64,000 bases of DNA from a bacterium (GTDB lineage: Bacteria > Patescibacteriota > Gracilibacteria > UBA1369 > PNNO01). This document shows, piece after piece, positions 49,070 through 58,204 of this stretch; the stretch's first letter is position 1; each line of letters begins with the position of its first letter. A program made the translations under genes and the position numbers. Below the pieces are notes generated by a model that was not told the DNA's origin, searched no databases, and saw only the letters and a program-made list of their open reading frames with translations. The stretch covers positions 12,902-76,901 of the forward strand of contig PNNO01000003.1 in the NCBI GenBank assembly GCA_013824265.1. The letters are read 5' to 3'.

Positions 49070-52000
49070 TCAACGTTGTTTTTGTCCCATTGATCGATTG
49101 TGCCACCATACAAGAATTGGACTTGCAACGAATATTGAAGAATACGTACCTACAATTACGCCAAGTACCAAGGCAAGTACAAAGTAGAATATCGAACTGC
49201 TTCCAAGGAAAAGTAGCGCACAAAGAGTAATCAATGTTGATATGGAAGTGTTTAAAGATCGTGCCATTGTTTGATTTAACGCTTCGTTTGCAACATCCGC
49301 AAAACTTACTTCTCTGCTCATGTTCTTTAGATTTTCACGTATTCTGTCGAATACAACGATCGTATCATGTACCGAGAATCCAAGAATAGTTAGAAGTGCG
49401 GTAATAAATAGCGCGTCCAGTTCAACATTAAATAAGTATCCAAGTATGGAATAAACTCCGACAACTATGAATATATCGTGTGCCAAAGCTACTATCGCAC
49501 TTAATCCGAATCTCCATGGACTTACATTTCTTGGTATTTTTCTAAATGCGAAAGCTATATAAAGGACTATTGCAAAAAGGGCAAAAATCAACGCAAGAGT
49601 TGCTTTGTATTTCATTGTATCTCCAACTGTGGCCCCAACTGTTGTGAATCTTGTTTCTTCAAAATTCCCGAATCTTTCATTAAGTTTCTTTAATATCTCA
49701 TCGTGTGCTTCCGAAGAAATATATTTTGATTTAACTATGTATCCATCGTTAGACCAAATTATTGATGCATTACTGAAATCAACTTTCTCGTTAACAGCCG
49801 TTAGTGCCGGTTCAGTATTTCCCGTTGCTTCTGTATCAGGTGTGGAATTTACTTCTGCGGCAGTTTCAGTTGTGGTTGCTTCAGTGCCCAAATTCTTACC
49901 GATTTCTTCAAGGCCTGATTTTAAGTCCTCTTGTTTAACTTCATTCTCGAATTTCAACTGCATCAATGTTCCACCTGTGAAATCTATGCCAAGTCTTAAT
50001 CCAAAAGCAGTCATTCCAACAAATGAAATTGCTATAAGTATTCCGGAAAAACCGAGCCAAATTTTTGAATTCTTTATTACAGGAAGAATTCTTCTTTTTC
50101 TATGGTCTTCTTTTGCACCTATAAGGAAAGCGTTGTTAGCTATTTTTGTTCCAACCAATACTTTTAAGAATACCTTTGTTATTGTTACCGCTGTGAACAT
50201 TGATACTAAAATACCCGCAGCAAGGTTGAACGCGAAACCTTGAATGATTGAGCTTCCAAAGTAAAACAAAATTGCACATGTAATTAAAGAAGAGAAGTTA
50301 CTGTCTCGTATACTTGTCCAAGCTCTGTCGAAACCAATATCTATTGCGGAACCAAGGGTTCGTCCGTCTCGTATTTCTTCCTTTATACGTTCGAAAATAA
50401 GAACGTTTGCATCTACAGCCATACCTATTGAAAGAATTACACCTGCAACGCCTGCAAGAGTAAGGACAATAGGATTTGCCAATAGGAACACTATGAAGAA
50501 TAAGGCGAATACTGCAAGAATTGAAGTTAACAGTTTTTCCCATCCGTTATCTTTACTGTTCAAAACTTTCATCATCAGGAATATGAACATTGAAACGGCG
50601 ATGATTACGGCAATGAAAGTATTAAGTTTGCTTTGGATAAGGAATATCAAAATTATTGAATAAATTCCAAGTGCAAGAACTGATAGTAAACCTGGGACTC
50701 TGTAGTAAACAGTCATGTAAATTGCCAAAAGCAAAATTCCCAATATACCTGCCCATAAGCTTTTATTAAGGGCTTCCTGTCCAAGAGTTGAGCCTATTGT
50801 GTATTGTCCGGCTAGAACTATAGGGGCCGGAATTGCTCCCGTATTTAAATCTCTTGCAAGGTTAGTGGCTTCTTCTATTGAGAAATTTCCTTCAATTTGT
50901 GCCTGGCCTCCAACTATTTTGCTGTTTACATTTGGGGCCGAAATCAATTCCCCACCAACGAAAATGGCAAGAGGTTTGTTAACATTTCTTCCAGTAATTT
51001 CAGCGAATAGGTCTCCTCCTTCAGTATTAAACTGTATTGAAACGTATGGTTGATAAACCTGATTAAATTGCACGTTCGCGTGAACAAAGTGTTCACCGGT
51101 AAGTCCGGTATCCTGCCAATCGCTTGGTACGGTTGAATAGAAAATCTTGGCATATTTAATCTGTTCTTCTTTCTTGGTTTCTTCTGAAGCTTCATTAACT
51201 ATGTCCGCCTTTATGATATGGTATCCAAATGGAGTTTCTATAGGCGCACTTACATCACCAACTTTTTGTAATGCCAAAGCTCCAGCCTCAAAAGCGTCAA
51301 CATATTCTCCTGCTCCTGCAGGGCTTGCTAGGACTCCTCCTTTTGTACCTGCATTGCTTGGATCGTCAGTATATTCGTTAGCTAACGCTGCAAAATCTCC
51401 ACCTGCATCAATTTTACCTTTTGCTTCCTGTGCACGTGCAAGTGCTTCTTCTTTTGTTCTTGTTACTGTTGAAGCAGCATTTTGCGCTCCTGAGTATGAA
51501 ACCAAAATATGGCTTGTGAAAACTTTTCTCTCGTTTGTTATTTTTCTTTCAACTTCTTGTTTCTCAAGTAATTTAACGATATTTAAACCTGTAAGTTCTA
51601 TGAATTCTCCTTGTGGAGTAACTGTGTACTCTCCGCTACTTTCAATTGTGCCACTGTAATATTCTTCGGCTGACAGAGCAAAAAGTTTCTCAGCAATATT
51701 TTCATTAACTTCGTCTCTAAATTTCCAATCAACTTCACTATAAGTAACTTTTTCCGGATTTGCCTGTTCTTCTTCTTGTCCAATTAATGCGAAATCTTCT
51801 CCATTCTTAACTCTTTGTAGGGTATCGTTTGCTTCTTTTTCAATTTCCAGTTTCTCATTTGGATCAATTGTCGTTTTTCTCTCTTTAAACTCAAGTTGGA
51901 TTGTTTTTCCAATTGTTGCTTTTGCTTCATCTATGTTTACACCCGCAAGGTCAACTACTATGTGGCTTTCTCCGGCAATTTCAGATATAAATATATTTGG

Positions 52001-52279
52001 CTCTGAAACTCCAAGCCCATTTACTCTTTTATTTATTACTTCTCTTACACCTTCGACTATTGAGGCCTTATCCTCTTGAGGAACTTTTCGAAGATCTATC
52101 TTATAATCCAATTCGGCTCCTCCCTGAAGATCAAGACCCAAATGAACCTTTTGGTCTTTTATGTAGTCAGGTGCCCATTGAACATAAGGTGCTTTTGTCT
52201 CAGTTGGGAGATTAATTACACCTAGGATGAGTGCTGCAAGTAGAATAATTCCGACCTTGCCGAGTAGTTTTCCTTTCAT
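49070..52279 (-). CDS. secDF: Fused protein translocase SecD-SecF with inserted parvulin-type PPIase domain(s)
   Basis: LGLDLQGG, RVNGLGVSEP, GMAVDANVLIFERIKEE (SecD); GIDFTGG, GFSVHDTIVVFDRIREN, GTYSSIF (SecF); SHILVSY...GDFAALA..Y.DD...GG...AFE...SAPIETPFGYHII (parvulin). Confidence 0.95.
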   Translation of the reverse strand: MKGKLLGKVGIILLAALILGVINLPTETKAPYVQWAPDYIKDQKVHLGLDLQGGAELDYKIDLRKVPQEDKASIVEGVREVINKRVNGLGVSEPNIFISEIAGESHIVVDLAGVNIDEAKATIGKTIQLEFKERKTTIDPNEKLEIEKEANDTLQRVKNGEDFALIGQEEEQANPEKVTYSEVDWKFRDEVNENIAEKLFALSAEEYYSGTIESSGEYTVTPQGEFIELTGLNIVKLLEKQEVERKITNERKVFTSHILVSYSGAQNAASTVTRTKEEALARAQEAKGKIDAGGDFAALANEYTDDPSNAGTKGGVLASPAGAGEYVDAFEAGALALQKVGDVSAPIETPFGYHIIKADIVNEASEETKKEEQIKYAKIFYSTVPSDWQDTGLTGEHFVHANVQFNQVYQPYVSIQFNTEGGDLFAEITGRNVNKPLAIFVGGELISAPNVNSKIVGGQAQIEGNFSIEEATNLARDLNTGAIPAPIVLAGQYTIGSTLGQEALNKSLWAGILGILLLAIYMTVYYRVPGLLSVLALGIYSIILIFLIQSKLNTFIAVIIAVSMFIFLMMKVLNSKDNGWEKLLTSILAVFALFFIVFLLANPIVLTLAGVAGVILSIGMAVDANVLIFERIKEEIRDGRTLGSAIDIGFDRAWTSIRDSNFSSLITCAILFYFGSSIIQGFAFNLAAGILVSMFTAVTITKVFLKVLVGTKIANNAFLIGAKEDHRKRRILPVIKNSKIWLGFSGILIAISFVGMTAFGLRLGIDFTGGTLMQLKFENEVKQEDLKSGLEEIGKNLGTEATTTETAAEVNSTPDTEATGNTEPALTAVNEKVDFSNASIIWSNDGYIVKSKYISSEAHDEILKKLNERFGNFEETRFTTVGATVGDTMKYKATLALIFALFAIVLYIAFAFRKIPRNVSPWRFGLSAIVALAHDIFIVVGVYSILGYLFNVELDALFITALLTILGFSVHDTIVVFDRIRENLKNMSREVSFADVANEALNQTMARSLNTSISTLITLCALLFLGSSSIFYFVLALVLGVIVGTYSSIFVASPILVWWHNRSMGQKQR

Positions 52280-52306
52280 TTACGTGTGGTTTAGATATAT
52301 AAAAAT

Positions 52307-52726
52307 TTATATGTTCTGTTGATTGTGAAGCTGTTTATCCAAATTCTCGTCATTTCCTTTTCCGCTTCTTCCATAATCATCCTGAAGTTTTACTACGTCA
52401 GTTAAATGAGGGGTTGAAACTTCGAAAATCTGTGAATCCTCCATAGCTTGGGCTCTGTGTATTGTGTAAGGACGCACGTCAAACTTGTCTCCGGGCTGCA
52501 ATATTATTTCTTTAAGAGCATCCCTGTCTTTTCCGTATGTCATTTTTACTTTTCCGGAATAAACATACTGTGTTTCTTCTTTTTCTTCGTGGTATTGAAG
52601 GGAATAACGATGCCCTTTTTTTATTTCAAGTACTTTGCCGGCATAATGATCGTTTTGCGCAAACCAGATTTCTTTACCCCAAGGTTTTAATTTAGTCTGA
52701 ACTGGATGTGCTTTTCCCTGATCCAT
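52307..52726 (-). CDS. Cupin protein (mannose-6-phosphate isomerase-like); start taken at ATG 52726
   Basis: KPWG.E, SLQYH..KEET, HR, EVSTP...DV..LQDDYGR. Confidence 0.8.
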   Translation of the reverse strand: MDQGKAHPVQTKLKPWGKEIWFAQNDHYAGKVLEIKKGHRYSLQYHEEKEETQYVYSGKVKMTYGKDRDALKEIILQPGDKFDVRPYTIHRAQAMEDSQIFEVSTPHLTDVVKLQDDYGRSGKGNDENLDKQLHNQQNI

Positions 52727-52780
52727 ACACTTTATAATTAATGCGCACACAATATACGGCAAACTATCCTATTTGGAAAG

Positions 52781-53857
52781 CTATAAGTACTCCTTTTTGC
52801 CCTCCAGGAGGTTGACAATTTTCTTAACATCTTGGCTTCTATCCTTTGGGCAGATTAAAAGTGCGTCGGGGGTGTCTATTATAACGATATTTTCAAGGCC
52901 AATGGTGGCTATTATCTTATTTGGATTATCTGACTTTATAAGTGATCCCTTTGTGTCGACAGAAATGAAATTTGCTTGTATTACGTTATCTCCCGGATTT
53001 TTGATAAGCTCATCGTGTATTGATTCCCATGTTCCAACGTCGCTCCAGCCAAAGTCTGCCGGAATTATTCTTACTTCATTCGGACTTACTTTTTCCATTA
53101 TTGCATAGTCGATTGAGATTTTCTCGCATGAAGCATACTCTTTTTCGACTATGGACTCTTCTTGTTCTGTGCCGATGGCATTTTTCATCTTAATTAACTT
53201 CTCGTATGTGTCAGGAAGGTGTTTTTTGTATTTTTCAAGAATTGTATCTATTCTCCATACGTACATTCCCGTGTTCCAAAGATAGTCTCCGGATTCTATA
53301 AACTGCTTTGCCTTTTCCAAATCAGGCTTCTCGGTGAATTTTTTAAATTCCAATACTTCGTTCCCGTCTATTTCCTCAATTTTTTTACCTGCCTGAACAT
53401 ATCCAAGATTAACGTTTGGAGATTTTGCTTTAACTTCAATGATGTTTAGAGTTTTTTGCTCTTTTGCCAATTTCTCGGCAACTTTAAGTTTTTCAATAAA
53501 CTGATCAGTGTCCTTAACAAGGTGGTCTGCATAAATAATAGCCATTACATCCTCAGGATCTATAAGACTAAGTTTCATTGCCGCAAAGCCTATACAAGTT
53601 GCGGTATCTCTAAGTGATGGTTCCAAAATAATATTGCTTGATGGAATTTCCGGTAGTTGCTGTAAAAGTATATCTTCAAAAAAGTCTTTGTTTGTAGCAA
53701 TAAAAATATCTTCAGGTCTTAAGAAAGAAAGTCTTTCGTAAGTTTCCTGAATCATGGTCTTTTCACCCGTGATTTTTTGAAATTGTTTTGGCTTTTTATT
53801 CCTGCTTAAGGGCCAAAGTCTTGATCCTACGCCCCCAGCCAATATTACTGCTTTCAT
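52781..53857 (-). CDS. manC: Mannose-1-phosphate guanylyltransferase
   Basis: ILAGGVGSRLWPLSR..PKQF, F.EKP, WNTGMY, SIDYAIMEK, GWSDVGTW. Confidence 0.9.
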   Translation of the reverse strand: MKAVILAGGVGSRLWPLSRNKKPKQFQKITGEKTMIQETYERLSFLRPEDIFIATNKDFFEDILLQQLPEIPSSNIILEPSLRDTATCIGFAAMKLSLIDPEDVMAIIYADHLVKDTDQFIEKLKVAEKLAKEQKTLNIIEVKAKSPNVNLGYVQAGKKIEEIDGNEVLEFKKFTEKPDLEKAKQFIESGDYLWNTGMYVWRIDTILEKYKKHLPDTYEKLIKMKNAIGTEQEESIVEKEYASCEKISIDYAIMEKVSPNEVRIIPADFGWSDVGTWESIHDELIKNPGDNVIQANFISVDTKGSLIKSDNPNKIIATIGLENIVIIDTPDALLICPKDRSQDVKKIVNLLEGKKEYL

Positions 53858-53864
53858 CTTGAGT

Positions 53865-55385
53865 TTACTTCTTAATAATTAATGACTTGCCGCTCATACT
53901 AAACGGTTTTCTTATTTTTAACAAATCTAGTATGGTTGGGGTTATATCACAAAGCCCTCCATGTCCTTTAAGTTTAGCATTTCTGTATCTTTCCGAAACA
54001 AGAATAAAAATTACAGGGTTCAATGTGTGTGACGGGCAGTCTTCTCCATTTGCATATTTCATGTATTCCGAATTACCATGATCTGCAGTTAAAAGTACGT
54101 CATATCCTTTTTCCTGAGCCGTAGGAATTATTTCACCTATACATCTATCTATTGCTTCCAGGCCTTTTACCGTGGCTTTGTAGTCTCCGGAATGTCCTAC
54201 GAGATCTCCATTCGCAAAATTAACAACCACAAGCTTGAAATCCTTTTTCTCCAATTCCTTTAAAAGTGAATCTTTTATTTCAAATACGCTCATTTCCGGT
54301 TTTTCCGCATACGATGCTACTTTTGAAGAGGGGACCAGTACGCGTTTTTCAAGAGGATATGGGGTTTTATCCTGACTGTTTAAAAAGAACGTTACATGTG
54401 CGTATTTCTCTGTCTCGGCAACTCTTAATTGCGGGAACTTCTTTTTGCTGATCAACTTTCCTAAGTTTATTTTTATTGAAGGTGCAGGAAATGCCACAGG
54501 TGCTATTGTCGAATATGGCCCGAAGCAAACAAAATGCGGACTCACTTTTTTATTTTGCTTGAACTCATTAAATTTTGGTTTTGTAAAAGCGTCCGTTAAT
54601 TGACTTGCTCTGTCGCTTCTGTAATTAAAGAAAATCACACTGTCTTTGTCTTCTATAAGTCCGTTTTTATCAAAAATAATCGGTTTAATATAATAATCCG
54701 ATTCAATTCCTTTGTTGTATTGCTGCTTTAAAGCTTTAATGGGATCGGCTGCTTTTTCTCCTTTTCCCAATGTTAATAAATCATAAGCTTTTTGTGTTCT
54801 TCCCCAGTTTTTGTCACGATCCATTGCATAAAATCTTCCTATCATTGTCGCAAGCTTTCCGATTCCAATAATACTTATTTCTTTTTTTATTCCTTTTAAG
54901 AATTTTTCTCCCGATTTTTCAGGGACATCTCTTCCGTCCGTGAAAGCATGTATATAAACGTTTTTTACTTTATATTTTTTTGCCAGTTTTAAAAGTTCAA
55001 AAAGATGTCTGTAGTCGCTGTGTACCCCCTGATCGGAAATCATCCCCATCAAGTGAAGTTTTGAATCATTCTTTTTTACTATTTTTATTGCTTTTTTAAA
55101 TTCCTTTTTTCTAAAAAACTTTTTATTTTTAATACTTCGATTAATTTCTTCAAGTGATTGCCAAACAATTTTTCCGGCTCCGATTGTGTAGTGGCCTACT
55201 TCAGAACCGCCCTGGAATCCTTTTGGAAGGCCGACGGCGTTACCACTTGCATCCAAAAGAGTCTTTGGATAATGCTTTCTTAGCTTATCTATATTTGGAG
55301 TTTTGGCGTTTGTAACTGCATTCCACTTATATTTTTTTCCTTCTCCGTATCCGTCCAAAATGATTAACAGCGTTTTGTTTTTCAT
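53865..55385 (-). CDS. gpmI: 2,3-BPG-independent phosphoglycerate mutase
   Basis: LIILDG.G, SEVGH, DGRD, GRFYAMDRD, AETEKYAHVTFF, N.D.VGH, TADHGN. Confidence 0.96.
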   Translation of the reverse strand: MKNKTLLIILDGYGEGKKYKWNAVTNAKTPNIDKLRKHYPKTLLDASGNAVGLPKGFQGGSEVGHYTIGAGKIVWQSLEEINRSIKNKKFFRKKEFKKAIKIVKKNDSKLHLMGMISDQGVHSDYRHLFELLKLAKKYKVKNVYIHAFTDGRDVPEKSGEKFLKGIKKEISIIGIGKLATMIGRFYAMDRDKNWGRTQKAYDLLTLGKGEKAADPIKALKQQYNKGIESDYYIKPIIFDKNGLIEDKDSVIFFNYRSDRASQLTDAFTKPKFNEFKQNKKVSPHFVCFGPYSTIAPVAFPAPSIKINLGKLISKKKFPQLRVAETEKYAHVTFFLNSQDKTPYPLEKRVLVPSSKVASYAEKPEMSVFEIKDSLLKELEKKDFKLVVVNFANGDLVGHSGDYKATVKGLEAIDRCIGEIIPTAQEKGYDVLLTADHGNSEYMKYANGEDCPSHTLNPVIFILVSERYRNAKLKGHGGLCDITPTILDLLKIRKPFSMSGKSLIIKK

Positions 55386-55396
55386 GAATATGTTAA

Positions 55397-56200
55397 TTAA
55401 AGTAAGGTGCTAATATACATGTTTAAAAGATCATTTCCAAAGAAAAGCGTTATGAATGTTCCTATTACCAAAAAAGGAGCAAATGGGATTTTTGAAGTAC
55501 CCTTAACTTTCTTGGCAAGCATTAATATAAGTGTGACAATAAGTCCAACAAAGTAAGTTAATACCAGAGCTACCAAAAAAAGTTTCCATCCGAAAAACAG
55601 TCCCATCATAATTCCGACCTGTGTGTCTCCGGCTCCAAGCCATTGTTCTTTACTTATCATAACTTGCAATCCAAAAAATATTGCAGCGATTCCTCCGCCT
55701 ATCGCCATTTCATAAAAAGATATTGATGGAGAGAAAATTCCCCATATGAAAATTAAAATGATTGCCGGAATTGTATATATCTCCGGGATTTCCATGTTTT
55801 GTATGTCGTAAAACAGAATGCCTATAAAACACAAACCGATTATTCCCGTATATATAAAATTTATAAGCAAAAACGGATCAAAGTAATTTATGCCTTCAGC
55901 CGTAAGATTTATAAAAGGTGCATGAATGAAAATTGCAGATAAAATTAAACCTGAAACTAATTCCAAAAGGGGATAATGCATGCTTATTTTTTTCCCACAT
56001 GACATACATCTGCCTTTCCCGATTAAATAAGAGAATATGGGAATAAGTTGTCGGATTTTTAATTTTTTGTGACAGCTTGTGCACTGGGATCTTCCAAAAA
56101 ATATACCCTTTTTCTTTTTCTTAACGCGATAATTAACAACACTTAAAAAGCTTCCGAATATTGTTCCTAAAATGAAAAGTCCAATCGCTGGAATTATCAT
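55397..56200 (-). CDS. pilD: Prepilin peptidase (A24) with N-terminal Cys-pair domain
   Basis: GSFL.V..YR, RS.C..C, IPIFSY...GRC..C, YD and GAGD aspartates, IPFAPFL. Confidence 0.92.
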   Translation of the reverse strand: MIIPAIGLFILGTIFGSFLSVVNYRVKKKKKGIFFGRSQCTSCHKKLKIRQLIPIFSYLIGKGRCMSCGKKISMHYPLLELVSGLILSAIFIHAPFINLTAEGINYFDPFLLINFIYTGIIGLCFIGILFYDIQNMEIPEIYTIPAIILIFIWGIFSPSISFYEMAIGGGIAAIFFGLQVMISKEQWLGAGDTQVGIMMGLFFGWKLFLVALVLTYFVGLIVTLILMLAKKVKGTSKIPFAPFLVIGTFITLFFGNDLLNMYISTLL

Positions 56201-56208
56201 GCTTGATA

Positions 56209-57678
56209 TTAATTAAAGATATTAACCATGAACGAATTATTTTTTTCCTTTTCCAAAATAGAATTATAACGTGATGCGGCAAGGGTGCCGGTTGAAGATC
56301 CATTTCCCATCTCAAAAGCCTTTTTATAAAATTCTTTTGCCTTATCCATATTGTTTTGTCTTTCATACATCCATCCCATGTTCAGGTATGGAGCATCAAA
56401 ATTACCGGACAAAGAAATTGCTTTTTCAAGATTTCTTCTGCCATTCATATAGTCTTTATTTGCAACTTGAGACCATCCAAGAAGATTATAACTCATTGCG
56501 TTGTCAGGGTGGTGTAATTGTGCTTTCTCAGATAAAGCGATGGCCTTCTCCGGCTTGTTTAATTTTTCTATATAAAGCCATATTGGTCTTACGAAATAAT
56601 CTATTTCGGTTGAATTTAAAGTTATAACCTCCTCGTATTTTTCTGCGGAATTTTCGTAGTCTTCAAGTAGAAAATATAGCTCGGCAAGTTTTTGCTCAGC
56701 ATGAATTTTTGGTTCGTATCCGTTTTCCAGAGCCTGTTCAAGCTCCTTGATTGCTTTCTCAACTTCATCATTTCCTGCATATGCAAGGCCGAGATAAAAT
56801 AAGGTTTCAGGTTTTTCAGGATCTTGCTGTTTTGCTTCTTCAAGCGCGTCGATAGCGTCTTTGAACTGTTTAAGTTTTAAATAACTGTATCCAAGTATTA
56901 TCCATGCGTCTCTGTATTCTCGGGTTTCTTTTAAGACCGGCCATATAACTTCTTTTGCCAAACGGTGCTCACCAACCTGAGCAAAACTTCTTGCCATAAG
57001 AACGCGTAAATGGTTGTTTAGTCCCGCAGCATATCTGTCGAATTCATTAAGACCGTTAACGAAATTAAGAGCGTTTCGCGCTACTACTTCGTCACCGTTT
57101 TCTTTGGTGGAGGCTGCTTCGAGCAATGTTCTGCCGCGTTCGTACTCGCCAAAATAAACTGCCATTATGCCCTGATAGTATTGAACTTTTTGATCATCGC
57201 TGGTTATGCTGTCAAAAATATTTTTTGCTTCAGGGAAATTTTCAAGTCCGATATTGGCTTGTCCAAGATAAAGTTTGGCTAGTCCGCTATTTTGATCAAT
57301 CGTAAGGATATGAGCGCTCATGTCTTTTGCTTTTTGATATTCCTGTTGTAGCAGCTGTATCGAAGCTATTTTAAGTAACGGCTCTTTGTTTAATTCCGCC
57401 TTTTGACTTGCTTGCGTATATGCATCAATAGCAAGATCGTAAAGTCCGTTTTCAGCATAAACTTTTCCTTTCTCCATTAACTCGTCATAAGATTTTGAAC
57501 GTGTCACTTTTTGTATCTCTTCCTGTTGTGCCGGGGTTATATTTTGCTGCACTAATTCTTCTTCCTGCGTTTTTTGTTCACTCAAGAAAGGTATATCAAT
57601 AACATCAAACACATAGAGTGTCAGAATTATTAGCGTAGTAAGCAGTAAAAAGTTTAAGACGGTTAAAAATTTGTTCAT
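56209..57678 (-). CDS. Membrane-anchored tetratricopeptide-repeat protein; start taken at ATG 57678 (ATGA overlap with ruvC stop)
   Basis: N-terminal TM followed by many TPR units (AW..LG..Y, A...L.KA...P). Confidence 0.85.
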   Translation of the reverse strand: MNKFLTVLNFLLLTTLIILTLYVFDVIDIPFLSEQKTQEEELVQQNITPAQQEEIQKVTRSKSYDELMEKGKVYAENGLYDLAIDAYTQASQKAELNKEPLLKIASIQLLQQEYQKAKDMSAHILTIDQNSGLAKLYLGQANIGLENFPEAKNIFDSITSDDQKVQYYQGIMAVYFGEYERGRTLLEAASTKENGDEVVARNALNFVNGLNEFDRYAAGLNNHLRVLMARSFAQVGEHRLAKEVIWPVLKETREYRDAWIILGYSYLKLKQFKDAIDALEEAKQQDPEKPETLFYLGLAYAGNDEVEKAIKELEQALENGYEPKIHAEQKLAELYFLLEDYENSAEKYEEVITLNSTEIDYFVRPIWLYIEKLNKPEKAIALSEKAQLHHPDNAMSYNLLGWSQVANKDYMNGRRNLEKAISLSGNFDAPYLNMGWMYERQNNMDKAKEFYKKAFEMGNGSSTGTLAASRYNSILEKEKNNSFMVNIFN

Positions 57679-58169
57679 GTTTGCATGTAAAGTGATTTGT
57701 TTCTGTGGGTATTCCCGTGACACAAAGCTATCGCAAGTGCATCTGCGGTGTCGTCCGGCGTAGGTAACTCCGCAAGCCTAAGCAATAATTGCGTAATTCT
57801 TTGCATTTGCGGTTTTTTTGCTTTGCCGTCGCTACAAAGGGCTTTTTTAATTACCATTGGATTATAAGAATAAAGCGGAATGTTATGTCTTTGAATTTTT
57901 TCCAGTATTACTCCGCGTGCGTGTGCAACCGAAAGTGCGGTTTTTGTGTTTTTTGAAAAGAAAAGTTCTTCAACTGCGGCAACATCTGGTGAATGAGCCA
58001 AAATAAGAGATTCAATGTCGTCTGCTATTTCGGACAGCCTATGTTCAAGAGGTGTATTTGCCTTTGTGGTAATACATCCACAGTCAACAACATTGTAATT
58101 ATCTGCGTCTAAATCTATTATCCCGTAGCCCACACGTGCAGTCCCTGGATCAATGCCTAAAATGCGCAT
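57675..58169 (-). CDS. ruvC: Holliday junction resolvase RuvC
   Basis: ILGIDPG, VEELFF, ARGV, G.AKK.QM, DD.ADALAIA. Confidence 0.96.
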   Translation of the reverse strand: MRILGIDPGTARVGYGIIDLDADNYNVVDCGCITTKANTPLEHRLSEIADDIESLILAHSPDVAAVEELFFSKNTKTALSVAHARGVILEKIQRHNIPLYSYNPMVIKKALCSDGKAKKPQMQRITQLLLRLAELPTPDDTADALAIALCHGNTHRNKSLYMQT

Positions 58170-58204
58170 ATTTAAGAAGCTTAAAGTTCCTTCTTATAAT
58201 ACTT

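Noticed and set aside
49605..51659. Long plus-strand ORFs (212 and 170 aa) opposite secDF
   Set aside because: They show typical antisense-frame composition with no motifs, and the opposite strand is a conserved gene.
23329..56200. A pilin glycosylation locus (O-antigen ligase-like, WecA-like, ManC, cupin, PilD)
   Set aside because: The idea is functionally plausible, but the genes are scattered among unrelated housekeeping genes and no pilin gene is in the window, so linkage cannot be supported.
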